Assembly (NCBI GenBank): GCA_051047955.1
Contig: JBPGPT010000019.1
Coordinates: 248,001-312,000, forward strand
Source of the DNA: Cystobasidiomycetes sp. EMM_F5
Lineage: Eukaryota
Direction: 5' to 3'
DNA length: 64,000 bases
Of the stretch, positions 12,916-25,600 are shown piece after piece; within the stretch, counting starts at the first letter, position 1, and every line of letters begins with the position of its first letter. The notes beneath the pieces are model-generated. The model ran no database searches. It saw only the letters and a list, made by a program, of their open reading frames with translations, and was not told where the DNA came from. The position numbers were made by a program, and so were the translations under genes.

Positions 12916-14392
12916 TTACTGTTCATCATCAAGGTATTGTCCCTTGCTGTTCATCGCAAAAGTCCGATTGTACGCTGCCACAGACTTGCAGAGGATTGGA
13001 GATTGGATGCCTGTTTTGATCGTCAGCAGCTGATCGTATCTGTCACGAATGTCAGTGATTTCATCGAGCAGTCCCAGCTGTTCGACTGACCCATATCTGC
13101 ACCATGGCTCTTGAACTAGCTGGAGATATTGTAATCGCGTTTCATCATCAAAGCGAGACCACGCGTGAAAGGCGGACTCCTTCCGCGATTGATACGCTTC
13201 CTTCCAATTATCTCCCTGGACAGCGCATATGATCTGTTCGAGTGATGGCAGCTCCTCTTCGGGTAGAAGGATCGAGAGGATGCGCATGAGCTCAGGGAAC
13301 GGTCGATCCACCAGATCCTCGTATCGAACAGTGATTACGGGATAATTGACTCTGCCTGTCCAATATGCATAGTGCCTCGTCCATCGACTCCCGATGTACG
13401 CGAGCGCCGCGCTGTCCTGAGAACCAAAGCGCTCCAAACCATGTACTCGCCCGGTATGACTGGAAGTATTTTCGCTGTGCATATCATAGGTCAACGTTGT
13501 GACAGCGATTTTTTGATCCACGCTCACAAAGCATACAGACTCCAGGCAACACTGCTCGACTTCGTCAGCCGAGTACGACACAAGAAACAAGGCCGAGCGG
13601 GTATCGACTGACTCGATCGGATTGCGCACAATGTTGATGGCTTGATCAAAGTACTCCCATCTATCCGGAGTCAAGGGAGTGATAACATCGCTTTTCTTTG
13701 GCCAATCTATGCAATTTCCAGATTGTCAGTGTCATCTACTGATAATTTCGACATTTCTTACGCGTCTTTATGAGCCAAGGTGCTTTAAAACCTTCACATT
13801 CAGCGGCGAAGAAGCTCGATATCCGAGAGTCGCAGTATAGGCTCGACGTTTGGATTCCAGTCGCTCGCTCGATTAGGGTGCGAGTGTAGGTGTTGCCTAG
13901 CATAAAAGGATACCATCAATTTGAGATCCAGTCGACGTGCTGCCAATGGTACATACCCGATCGCATAAACGAAGCCAATGCAGTCTTTCTGCGGGAACGA
14001 CCGCGGTATGGTTTACTTTTGATTTTCCTGCTTTGACATTGTAGATTCATATTCTGTATCGAGGTCAGCCCAAAGATTATATGCCGAGGCTCTTCGAGCA
14101 AGTGCTGTCGTGCACACTTACTGCTGATATCTGCTGCTCCCAGCTTAGATTCGCTGGCTCCACGTCCGCATGACTGCGCGAAAAGGCAGAATACCACAGG
14201 CGGGCTGCGCAGACCACGAAGGCGACGATGATGAAGAGAATCGATCGATAGCCAGAGAAGCAATCTATGGTGAGAATTAGCAATATACTCATACGGTAGC
14301 GAGATTGCCTACGTACGGCGCGTGAACGGAGTCCAATGCGGTCGAGGCGGTTCCGCTTGCAAGACTGCAGGTTTCTCTATCGGCAGAGTCAT
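12916..14392 (-). CDS. Sulfotransferase-like (WSCD-type P-loop) type II membrane protein, paralog 1
   Basis: TM segment YRSILFIIVAFVVCAARLWY; KTALASFMRSG/NTYTRTLIERATG; PWLIKT; FDQAINIVRNPI/DVAWS; VITVRYEDL; PWCRY/GYDQL. Confidence 0.78.
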
Positions 14393-15068
14393 GTGTCGAC
14401 CCCGCGCTGATAGACTGCCGGATGGTGGCCCTGAGATACTGCGGCCTGATGCTCTGATGAGGGCTTCTCGATTCAGCGGGGCTACCATGACAGAAGCTGA
14501 AATGGAGTGGAGAATAACGTGGATACGGTCGTCGTTAGTGAAGAGGATATCAGATGGCTAAGTAGTCAGGGTAGTCGACCATCACTTGGGCTGATTATGG
14601 GCTTCCGCCGACAATGGACAAGGGGATATCCTTGGCGATGGGCAGTACATCGACGATATCGCGGTCAGTATTGGACATTGTTCTGGTCGCAGTGCGCATC
14701 TTGGCTGCAACCCTTCTATGTTACAGGGAATGCTCAAGTCCAGGCTGCGGATAGTCCACTTGATGTCGTGGAGAATATCTTTCGGGTCGTCTGGTTCCTC
14801 ATCAGCCCGACTCGCATCCAGCATCAGCAAATGTGTTCACTTCGACATCAACCGCGCGTGTCGTTATGCAGTCCATGGAGCCCTGCCCCCGGTGAATGCG
14901 TCTGGTCATTCCTGGTTGAAGGCCCATTCCTGAGAACATTTGTTGTTGATGCATGCCTCACTAAAGTTGGACGGCAGCAGCAGGACAATGCTAACCACGA
15001 CGCAGCTGATCCTGACAGTCTTATTGCATTCTAACTACTGACCTACTTTCATGTAAACACCAGACATC

Positions 15069-17053
15069 ATGCTCTTCCAGCTCACCCTCCCTTTATTGAC
15101 ACTCTTTTCTTGCATTCCCGCGAGCAACGGCGGACACCTTCCCGTTGGACTCGCAGCACATCCAGCGCGACATGCGCAGCGAAACAGCCCCGACCATGGT
15201 GTGATTGCCCGCGGACTCTACTTTACCCCCTTAAACCCCGCAAAGTCGACGTCTACACAGCCAAACATTGTGCTCGTGAGCAAGACCTTATCGTCATCCA
15301 GCCAGCCAAGCTCGGCATCATCCAAACCACCTTCATTCGTTCCCGAAAAGTCAGCTCCCGCATCAACTACCACGAAACCGCCTGCGTTCGTTCCGAGCAA
15401 ATCATTGCCACAATCTTCCACGTCTACACAGAGCACCTCGTCGAGATATGTTGGACCCGTCTTCCAACCAGTGCAGACGGCCCGAGCGCCGTCTTCGCCC
15501 GTAGTCGGCGTCTACTTCAATGACTGGTATATTGCCCAAGTTCCGCCAACCCAGGCTCCCGAACTATTACGCTAATTCTTGTCTTCTAGGGCTGGGACAG
15601 ATCTCAACAGCTACAGTCATTTCCAAGACTTTAGTGAAATGAGCTACTTTGTAGCGGTTACTACTGCAGATCCCGGCTACATCCAGTTCCAAGGGTATGC
15701 TAGCCCAGAGGGACCTTATATCCAACAATTCGTACAAAAAGTGCATGCAGCAGGCAAGAAGGCTCTCCTCAGTATCGGAGGCTGGAGCGGATCGGGCTAC
15801 TTTTCTGCGAATGTGGCCGACTCCAACAAACGGGCTATCTTTGCAAATACCGTCAAGAATGCGATCGTACAGTACGGTTTTGATGTATGTCATATTTCTT
15901 CTCGGGAAGGGACACAGTGATGAATCTTCTGCCTCAACAGGGCGTAACGATAGACTGGGAATATCCAAACAACCCTGGTATGCAAGGCGCACGTGCGTAC
16001 CGGTGGGGAGCTGATCCCAACGGGCTTCATAACAGGTGCTGGAAATGCATATACCGCAGCGGATACCGCCAATTTCCTCTCTTGGCTGCAGACTCTCCGG
16101 GCTGCTGTGGGCCCAAATATCATCTTGACAGCCGATGTCGCACCAGTAAGTCGAATACCGCATGATCTTTGCGCTGTCCAACGCCTCTTGCACCGCAGAC
16201 TGGCTTCACTGGACCTGATGGCAACCCAATCTCCAACGCTAGCGGATTCGCAGCGGTGTTGAACTATGTGTCACTCATGGTATACGACGTTTCCGGAGGC
16301 TGGACCAGCACGTCGGGTCCCAATGCTCCGCTCTATGCGCGAGGCGCAACTGCGGAGCAAGCACAGGGTGCTGATACTGCCGTGGCTTATTGGACCAGCG
16401 CCGGCTTCCCCAAGAATAAGCTAGTCATCGGCATACCGTCATATGGCAAATCATTCACCTTGCTAAGCAGCACTCTACAAACGATGACAAATAATGGCGT
16501 AAGTACATGGCGATTTGCTGTCTTGCTGCATTCTACTGACCTCCGATCGTTAATAGTATGCAACGCAAGCCTATCAACAGTATTCTGGCGACGTCCGTAA
16601 GTAAAGCCCCTGAGATCCGTGTCTGTTGATGAACCGCTTAGCCAATTCCACTTCAATAGCAACGATGACTTACAACGATATGATTTCTCAAGGCGTAAGC
16701 AAAACATATCGCAGCCTATTCTACTAAGAATGCTAAATGTAATGCTATAACAGATCATAACTCCCAATGGCCAGCCTACCTCGTGGAGCGGGTATACAAG
16801 GTACTTTGATACCGCGAGCCAGACACCCTTTCTCTTCAATCCGAGTACCAAAGTCTTCATCACATACGATGATCCTGTCTCTTTCGCTGCTAAAGCCAAT
16901 TACGCGAAAACGAACGGTCTTGCAGGCGTGAGTGTTGTAACGCCTTGGCTTCACTGTTAATTTTCTGATCTTATTGCTTTCTAGGTCAAGATATACGATG
17001 CACAAGGCACCTCCGACAGCCTCGTCAGCGCTCTTAAGTCGGTCTACGGCTAA
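15069..17053 (+). CDS. GH18 chitinase(-like), secreted, with Ser/Thr/Pro-rich N-terminal linker; multi-exon
   Basis: Signal peptide; KALLSIGGWSGS; YGFD/GVTIDWEYP across an intron; LNYVSLMVYD, GPNAPL, GFPKNKLVIGIPSYG, TPFLFN, FITYDDPVSFAAKANYAKTNGLAG. Confidence 0.92.
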
Positions 17054-17333
17054 ATCTTGTCAAAAGGGAAATACGAGATTGGAGGTGACAATGTCCTGAG
17101 CTGTGTGAATGCATCTGCATCGCATGGTTCTCGCTTCATGGCGCTGTACAATAATCAGGTGCTTCGATAGTTGTCAATCATTAGCGCTATTTGGTTCACA
17201 GTTTCAACCGGCTATCGTTATGCAGTTTGACCTTGGCAATCAGTTTGAGCTGAAGCACAGCCGGAGCTGCATCAGGCGAAATCCATACATTGTACACTGA
17301 GGCCGTTCTCTCCCGCTACATCTTATCTCATCT

Positions 17334-18874
17334 CTACTCAACGACATGATAACTCTTTGATCTCAGCTTGATGCCGCCAGACTCGACGGGTTGATCATAA
17401 TACGCCGATGAGCGGTATCTTCGCAGGTATACGATTGCAATATCATCAAGCACGTCCGGTGTAATGCCCAATTCGGCGAAACCAAGAGTGCCAGCTTCGG
17501 GCTCTTTGTCGTCCATAAGACGTCTCGTGACTTCGTCAACCGAGATGGTAGGCCACCAGACGTTTTCCCATACCCTTGCTGCCAGCTTGAACAACCACGC
17601 GGGCGGAGTGACGCCTTGCAATTTTTGCATTGTTCGCGCTTCGGCAATCTCGATGATTTGATTGTAATCGTATGTTTTCGGTCCAGGAAGTGAGAAGGTC
17701 TTGCCGATTGTAGATTCGGCATCCATCATTACCTCCAGGGCTTCTGCTACATTGATGACCTGTATTCGCTCGCACAAGACGATATCACGTCAACTACGCA
17801 GGGATGGAGGAGTAGGGCAGAAGGCAAACGCACATGCACGGGTTTGATGCGAGTATCACCGTGATTCAATCGAAATACGATGGGAGAGGTCGATACGGTG
17901 TTGAGTAGACGGTCTTCATGGCCGTACATCCAGGCTGGTCGGACAATGGTCGCGCCAGGGAAAGATTCCGCTACAGCTTCCTCGCCCAACCTCTTCTGTC
18001 GGTAGACTTGAGAGGGTGAATTGTGGTCTGCATTGAGGTGCGAAACGTGCACAAAGCGAGATACGCCAGACTGTGCTGCAATCCGTGCAATCCGCCGGGC
18101 GCCTTCGACGTGAACATCTGGGAATTTGAAGTTTCTAGGAGGTGTCTGTGAGCTGATGTACTGCATCCTGACCGTCGAGCCCTGTAGAATAGCTCACTTT
18201 GTCTCATAGTCTCGCCCGACAAGGTTGTATACGATATCCGACGATCGAACGCATTCTTCTATCTGTGTATCGTTTCGCAAGCTCCATTCCTGTGAAAGAC
18301 AGGTCAAATCACTTGACTGTCGACGGCAGTGCGGTCGGATCTGCGCACCAACGGTACAATCTGGCCCAAGTCGCCTGTTTGTTTGGGAGGGCAGCGAGAA
18401 TCAGACGAAAGCCGCCAGTACGAATGTAACTCAGCGTACCCATCACACGGAGATGGCGCTTCTCATCTTCCTCCCTGTACGGTATGACTACCTGCGTTCC
18501 CCTCTTTGCGAGCTTTGAAACGAGGTATCTGCCCAGGAAGCCGGTGCATCCAAAGACTGTCGCGGTATGGCCTGTTTGTGAATGTCGACCAGCTGGAGAC
18601 CAGTGTACAGCGTCAGGCTGCGTACTTTATTGAAACCCATCCTGCTCACCTGGCCCAGAGCGCTGGATGACCCGGCCAGTCGCCTGTTTGATGGTCAGAT
18701 CCCAGCTGAGCCGCTGCAGAGCTGCGATGCGATATGCTCAGCTGCCGTGTCGTGGTTGTATGGCCATTCTCTGCAGACTTGTCGCTCACACTGTCGCATA
18801 TTCCCTTGATCACTGGTCGGCAACAGACAAAGCAAAGACGTGGACAGCTTGGACAGCTTTCGACAGGCAAACAT
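17334..18874 (-). CDS. NDUFA9: NADH:ubiquinone oxidoreductase 39/40-kDa subunit (NDUFA9); start approximate
   Basis: GHTATVFGCTGFLGRYLVSKLAKRGTQVVIPYREEDEKRHL, SDIVYNLVGRDYET, FKFPDVHVEGARRIARIA, FVHVSHLNAD, ATIVRPAWMYGHEDRLL. Confidence 0.95.
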
Positions 18875-18925
18875 TGTAATTGCTCTCTTATACACGGCAT
18901 ACGAGTAGGCGCCTACGGCTAGCTA

Positions 18926-20126
18926 TCACTTGCGTCTCGCCGGGAGAGGCGGCTTCACACCTCCCGAATTGGGCTGATACCGCGTTATGGACGTACTGGG
19001 CTTCGTCTCGCTGTCCATCTCCTCTTTGGATGCCTTACCCTTCTTGCCCCACCCTCCAAAGGATTTGAAGCTTTTCATTCCATCAACAGCTTTGTTCCAG
19101 GCTGTCCTCTTCAGGCTGTCTCGCGAGGGATCGCAAAGTTGGGCCATCTCGGTAATGAACTTATTGGCCATCGTCATTGGTTTCATGTCATTTCTCGCCA
19201 AGATGGCAAACATGCCCAGGACGGATCCTGTCCCAGCTCCGGTGCGTTTGATAACGCCCATCGCTGAGTAAGCCGCCGCTCAGCATGCCTTCCAGTGCGC
19301 TGCGAATGGAAGAGAGAGGACGCACCGATTGCCTTCTTTCTACTGCTCGGGCCCCACTCTTCGAGTTCTTTAGCACTGATCGACTTCTTTTTGAAATCTG
19401 GCCCATGGATGGAGCGAAGGCGAGTTTCGTATACCTTGGTAGCCTCCTTCATAAAGCTTCGAAACCACAGAGAAGCCCAGAACGAGCCGGCGGCATTGAT
19501 GGGATCGCTGAAGGGTCCGGCCACTGTTGGGAAGTGAGATCATCAGACCGGAGCCCACAATGTCGTACGCAGGGGAGCCTACAACAAGATACCGTCAAGA
19601 GGTGCTGAGGGTAGCCTTTCCACCACTTTATAGCATCCTATACAGACAGCCAGCATCAGCAACTTTGGCTCGCACACTGTGTGAGTGCCAGCGTACCCAG
19701 GACTTTTTAAGCTTGGGATTTTCTGCGATCCAATCTGGAGCCTCCTGTAGTGATGTCGTCAGTACAGCATGCACATGATAGATTTGATCAGTTCAGCGTA
19801 CCGTTTGAGACTCGAGATCTTGCACACGGCCCATGATATCGTCAGATTGATTGAGCGGGACCGGCCTGCACAATGATAGAAAGGTGAAATGTTGAAAGAG
19901 TGTGGCTGGGTGTACTCGACGAGCAACAAGACAAGCACAAGTCGATCCCGCAGGGTTTGTGCAGCAATGGCGGCAGTGCCATCCTGACAAAAGGAACACC
20001 GCCGACATCTTTAAAAAGAGACTCGGCGTGCTCAGCGGTGACTGTGTCTGGCAAAGCTTTCCAGCTGTAGCCCGCATGATAGATAAGTGAGCAGATCAGC
20101 GATAGACTCGTCTGCGTTAGCCTCAT
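18926..20126 (-). CDS. Hypothetical multi-exon protein; 5' end and exon phases uncertain
   Basis: Successive short ORFs separated by canonical-looking introns (e.g. ...DLESQT/EAPDWIAENPKLKKSW..., ...FRSFMKEATKVYETRLRSIHG..., ...AQLCDPSRDSLKRTAWNKAV); no family recognised. Confidence 0.5.
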
Positions 20127-20302
20127 GAAACATCAGGTCGGCTCCGTCTCCGCTCGTCGCCATTGACACTGTGAACGCGCAAACAGGCGATACTGCTCTG
20201 ATGGAATGGACTGTCGAGCCCGCTAATGCGCAATGTCCTGGAGGTGGGTCGAGGCTCGATATTGATATTGATATCGATATCCGACCATGTCTTGATGCTC
20301 GA

Positions 20303-22411
20303 ATGTCGTTCTGGAATCCCAGACCGCGTCCAGCTCACGCCCGACTGGACTCTGTGACGCTCCTTCGCCGTCCTGCCAAAGATGCACAGCAGTCCAGGCT
20401 GTCGTCGCTCAAGAATTGGCGCCTGGCCTTGGTAGCCTGCACGGCCAGCTTTGTATTTCTGTTCGGGTTCCACCTTCTGAGTCACGCAAAGCATGGCACT
20501 TCCCACTTCAGCGCTGGCAGCATTGTCGAGGAGCCTACTTTACAGGATTTATCGCAGCGACCTCGAAACTTTGGGACATTCCGCGATGTGGACGAAACTG
20601 ACGTACACGATATCCATTTGAAGGAGGGAAACAACAAGAATCCGTCAAATAGACTACCGCAACGCTCATCGAGAGTAACAGTGCCGCACATCAAGATTAC
20701 GGAGAGCCTCCCATCTCTCGAAAACTTACCCGCATCATCGCCTCTCCGGCTCCAATGGCTAGCAGCTATTGAAGATCTAGAGAACTATGCTGCGTCAGAG
20801 CTGAAGAAATACCGCCCAAGCGAGTCTTACCCTCGAGGCGTGCCGGGGACAGGTGTTTCTGATACTCTCGAGGCGGTAGCCTTACAGGCCTATCTGGATT
20901 GCGCATCTGGCCATGGTCAGTGGGTCTACGATGCAGCAGGCTCGCATCTAGCGCGTATGAATGCCTCTCTGCCTGTTCACAAGCATTCTTCCCGATTTTC
21001 GAAATGCGACCAATCGTTTTATAAGCATACCGATGGCACCCCTGGCGGCACAAGCTGGAATGTGCGAAGCAGTCTCAAATGGTCGTGGAAGGCAGATGAT
21101 GACTGCAAGACCTTGCTTGCTGACTATCCCAAAGTCAAATCTGCTATACAATCCGAAGCATTTGCATCACCACCTTCGCGGTCAACATTGTGCCGGTTAC
21201 TTGCACACAAGAGTATTCTGTTGATTGGCGATTCGCCGACTCAGTACCTGCTTCACGATCTCCTTCTCGACTACACCAATAGTCGGCCAAATACGTGCTA
21301 CGGCGATCTCTACTGCTCGATGCACAGCATATGCAGTGATCTCGATCTAGGGCGAAGTTTTGTTGGCGATGAGCAGGTCTACGATGCCATCCCGGATCCT
21401 TTAGCTTACTCGGACTCTGAAAGCAAAACAGATAATTCGCAGCCAAGCTTGTTACATGAATACTTCTCGGATATACTGAGGCCGAAAACCACGCTGCTTC
21501 GCTACCGGCGTTCAGACTCTTTCTTCATGAACTCGTCTCCTAGTCATCCGAGGTACTCACCAGTTGCTCTACATCCCGTCACTGGCGTTAGAGAAATCAA
21601 CATGCATTCGTTAGCCGACGCGAGGCGAAGCGATGTGGTCATTGTATCCAAAGCGCCAATCTCGGTGCCGGCGCTCGGGCATCCCGGCCACGATGAAATC
21701 ATGACTCAAATATCGAAGCGTCTGCAAGCAAATGACGCGCATATTTTGGATGTCGTTGGTAATATCCTCCAGATGAGCATTGTTTTGACCCGCCAGGTCT
21801 GGCTGCCTGAGCTGCTGGAAAGCTTGCAAGCAGTCAGGTCTATACCTGCTACCAATCTTATCGTATATCGTGGTGGTTGGAGAATGCAACCGCAATGCGC
21901 AAAGTCTACAATCCACGGAGGTTCCAAGACATCTGAATGGCCCGGTGCTTGGGATCCACAGGGTGATGGACCGCCGCCATATACGTCAATGCCCACACTA
22001 ATCCAATTACTCGGTATCAACAACATCAGCGACCCTGCATTCGTGGATGTGCGCATAACCACGTACAACCTACAAACGGTGTTACAGAATCACATCGGGA
22101 GGAGGATAATCTTGCCCAAGTTCGGAATACCCTTCCTTGACATGGAGACTGCAACAAGCGTTTGGCGCGCGGGCTTCGTGGGCGGAGCTGCCGTAAAGCG
22201 TGGAACTCCTGCTTCGTCTAGCGAAACTAGCCGGGCCGACTGCCTCAGTATGTGTCTTCCTTCGTCTGGCATGGCACTAGAGGAACTCTTCATTGGGTCT
22301 TTGATGCGGTTGCTCGGGTGGGGATGGGCCAGCGGAGACCGTGCTAAGACGTGGATAGGGAATGGGTTCGTGCCTATTCGGGAACGTAAAATGGATATGC
22401 AGAAGCAGTAG
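20303..22411 (+). CDS. Type II membrane PC-esterase/SGNH-like protein (Cap64/Cas3-like), intronless
   Basis: Long uninterrupted ORF; N-terminal TM (LALVACTASFVFLFGFHLL); CASGHGQWVYD, LKWSWKA, SILLIGDSPTQ (GDS) and C-terminal DCLSMCLP resembling the DCxHWCLP motif. Confidence 0.7.
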   Translation: MSFWNPRPRPAHARLDSVTLLRRPAKDAQQSRLSSLKNWRLALVACTASFVFLFGFHLLSHAKHGTSHFSAGSIVEEPTLQDLSQRPRNFGTFRDVDETDVHDIHLKEGNNKNPSNRLPQRSSRVTVPHIKITESLPSLENLPASSPLRLQWLAAIEDLENYAASELKKYRPSESYPRGVPGTGVSDTLEAVALQAYLDCASGHGQWVYDAAGSHLARMNASLPVHKHSSRFSKCDQSFYKHTDGTPGGTSWNVRSSLKWSWKADDDCKTLLADYPKVKSAIQSEAFASPPSRSTLCRLLAHKSILLIGDSPTQYLLHDLLLDYTNSRPNTCYGDLYCSMHSICSDLDLGRSFVGDEQVYDAIPDPLAYSDSESKTDNSQPSLLHEYFSDILRPKTTLLRYRRSDSFFMNSSPSHPRYSPVALHPVTGVREINMHSLADARRSDVVIVSKAPISVPALGHPGHDEIMTQISKRLQANDAHILDVVGNILQMSIVLTRQVWLPELLESLQAVRSIPATNLIVYRGGWRMQPQCAKSTIHGGSKTSEWPGAWDPQGDGPPPYTSMPTLIQLLGINNISDPAFVDVRITTYNLQTVLQNHIGRRIILPKFGIPFLDMETATSVWRAGFVGGAAVKRGTPASSSETSRADCLSMCLPSSGMALEELFIGSLMRLLGWGWASGDRAKTWIGNGFVPIRERKMDMQKQ

Positions 22412-22643
22412 AGTGCTCAAAGTACATGGGCAAAGAGAGCGCAGGGTTTTGTTGAGGATGCCATTGCAGTTCTCACTTCACAGTCTCTTTTCTGAAGATG
22501 TTGTTCAGAGGACAGTTGGCTTTCCGCTGGCGCAGCAGCAAGTGTGATTTGGTCGCGATGCTGTACGTTGTATGCTTCATCCGCATTCCACGACACTACG
22601 CCACGATTTGGTTGCACCAATTTAACGTATTCAGTTAATAAGT

Positions 22644-25600
22644 TCAGAACAACATGTATCCTTGCGTCAATGGTAACCTCGTAGCAGCTTCGACGGTCAT
22701 ATGCACGCCGTCCGCCTCCACGCGGTACGTCTCTGGATCGACGGTGATACTTGGCATTTCTGCATTCCACTTCATGTCCTTCTTGCCCACCGTCCTGCAA
22801 CCCTTGACCGCAATAGCCTTTTTGCTGAGACGGTACGATTCGATAGAGCCTGGCCAGACGAAATCCGTCAGTTTCCACCGCGCAGCTTCATCGCTGAGAC
22901 AAAGCGGCACCTGTATCGATCGAAGCTTTTGAAACGAAAGCATAAGAACACAGTGCAGCTGCCTTTGGATGGCAAGCCCACATTGGTCTCCCGTTGACCG
23001 GCTCGACAGTAGGGATCGACTGTGTATACAATATGTTGCGTCAGTCGCGGATACAATGCCGAAGTAGAAGTTGTCGAGAGGTGCATCACTTACCGCATTC
23101 GCATCACCTACTTGCGCCCAGGCAATAACGCCACCTTTGATTACATTTTTCGGGCGCACGCCAAAATTAGCGGGGTCCCACATCACAAGGTCTGCCACCC
23201 TTCCGACTTCCACACTGCCGACGTGCTCGCTTATACCATGGGTGAGAGCGCTGTAAATCATATTGCAGCTATCAGCGCGTGTCGCTCTCACATGACGGTT
23301 TCAGCCGAAACTTACACATTTACGGTATATTTCGAGATGTAACGCTTGACGCGATGATTGTCAGCTTCCGCGTCGTCTCCCGTCAGTGTCCCGCGCATGC
23401 TTTTCATCTTGCTCGCTGTTCGCCAAGTCCTCGAGATGACTTCACCAATGCCTATTTGGCAGATAAGACCGGATTCAGGGAGAGACAAGGCGATAAAGGT
23501 AGACCGAGCTTACGACCCATGGCCTGGGAATCAGAGCTAATCATGGATATAGCTCCTTGATCATGTAGGACGTCCTCAGCAGCGACTGTTTCTCCTCGAA
23601 TTCGAGATTCCGCAAACGCGATGTCTTCGGGTATAGACTTGTCAAGGTGGTGACAAACCATCAACATCTGTATGAAGATAAACTTAAGCGATCCTACGAA
23701 TAAAGCGATGAATAGAAGTGCTCACATCCAGATGCTCGTCAAGGGTATTTTTACAGTATGGCATCGTAGGATTCGTTGAAGACGGAAGGACATTTGGATG
23801 ACTGCATGCCCCGATGATGTCCGGCGCGTGCCCTCCGCCAGCACCCTCAACGTGATAGAATTGAATAGCTCGGCCATTGATGGCAGCCATCGTGTCTGGA
23901 ATATGTGAGACAATGTCATCTGAGCTCGCAGGAAGACGCTTTCCGCGCCGTATGTCTGCAAACCTACCTTCGCAGAAACAGGACTCGTTGAGAGTGTCGG
24001 TATGTATGTTGCACTAGGAGGCGACCGGCCTGTTCAGCCGCTGACACAGCTCGGCGAGCCTGTTCTTACCTGAACATCATACTCGTCACATACAGTAAGA
24101 CAAGAATCGATCGCACTGGGAGTACTGCCCCAATCCTGCCAGGAAATGGTCACTGACGCCCGACATATGCAGCAAAGGAGAATAACAACTGACTTCATGA
24201 AGCTTGAGACCCGCACATCCGGCTTTGACCATGTCAACGAGACCTTGTGGCCCCGAATCATTGCCTTTGCCCGTCAACACTGTCCATGAGCGTGACACGG
24301 CGTGACCTGGTTAGCATCACATTTTCCCTGCCAATTGAAGGAGAGCGCACAGGTATTGAGTGGGACTGTATCCAGTGCCGACATCATCATTTGAACGTAA
24401 GTCTTGCTGGGCGTGCAGGTAGTCGCGCTAGTACCGGCAGAGGGACCAGTCCTGAAGAACTGCAATGAATATTGCAAAGCGAACTTTAAGCTTGTCAATG
24501 ACTCACCCGCCTCCGACTAGCGTTGTTATACCGCTTGCCAGAGCTTCCTCGCACAATTGTGGACAAATGACTGTACCGCGTATGGATCTTCAGCCTCATC
24601 AGTAGGTATATTACGCAACTCACAGTGTACATGTGCATCAATAGCTCCGGCAGTGATGATCATCTTTTCTGCCGCTATAGCTTCCGTGTTTGCACCTACT
24701 ACCATATTCTCGTCGACGCCATCCATGACATCCGGATTCCCAGCCTTTCCAATACCGACGATTCTTCCGTGTTTTACACCGATATCTGCCTTGTAGATGC
24801 CCGACCAGTCAACAATCAGGGCGTTAGTGATGACCAGATCCAACGTCTCTTCATCTCGCCTATCTGTCGCTTGTCCCATGCCTTCCCTCAATACCTTGCC
24901 TCCCCCAAATTTACATTCGTCACCGTACGTCGTGAGATCCTTCTCTACTCGTATCCAAAGGTCTGTGTCACCTAGCCTGACGCGGTCGCCTTTTGTGGGT
25001 CCGTATATGCTTGCGTATGCAGCTCTGGACAATTCTGCGCCTGCTACATCCGACATTTGGGCATCGGCTTGTGCGGCGTGCGAAAAGGACTTCTCAAGCA
25101 CAGTCTTGATGAATGTGTCACGGAGTTGCTGCATCTGTGCGAGCTCAATACCACGTAGAGAAATCCTTTCCGGACCGAACGCTGCGGCAAAGAGCCCATT
25201 GCCGCCAGTGACTCTCTGTAAGCCACCGATAGAGACGAGCGTGACAGTCTTGCCTTCTCCTGGCTCGAAGCGAACAGCCGTCCCTGCCGCAATATCGAGA
25301 CGCTTCCCCAGAGCTAGCCCTCTGTCAAACTTGAGAGCGCGATTAGTTTCGGCAAAGTGGTAGTGTGAGCCGACCTGATTTGTCCCGGAAAATAGAGCCA
25401 ATGTTAGTTATTGTTAAGACCGGCTTGCGTGAAATTGATTCGCACCTGCACTGGTCTATCGCCCAGATTGATCACCTTGAGCTTTACCCGCTCACGCTTT
25501 GCATTGATCTTGATAGATCCAGCAGAAGAAGCGGGGATGACCTGTCCAGCTATGCTCTCCGGCTCCTCGTCTCCAAAGATAGCATTGTCTGGTATTGGGA

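Noticed and set aside
11089..14392. Single two-domain sulfotransferase
   Set aside because: The first unit has a stop at 12916 and the second has its own TM anchor exon, so two genes fit better
14507..15034. 175-aa + ORF and 82-aa - ORF between sulfotransferase and chitinase
   Set aside because: No recognisable motif or coherent exon structure; likely divergent promoter/5'UTR
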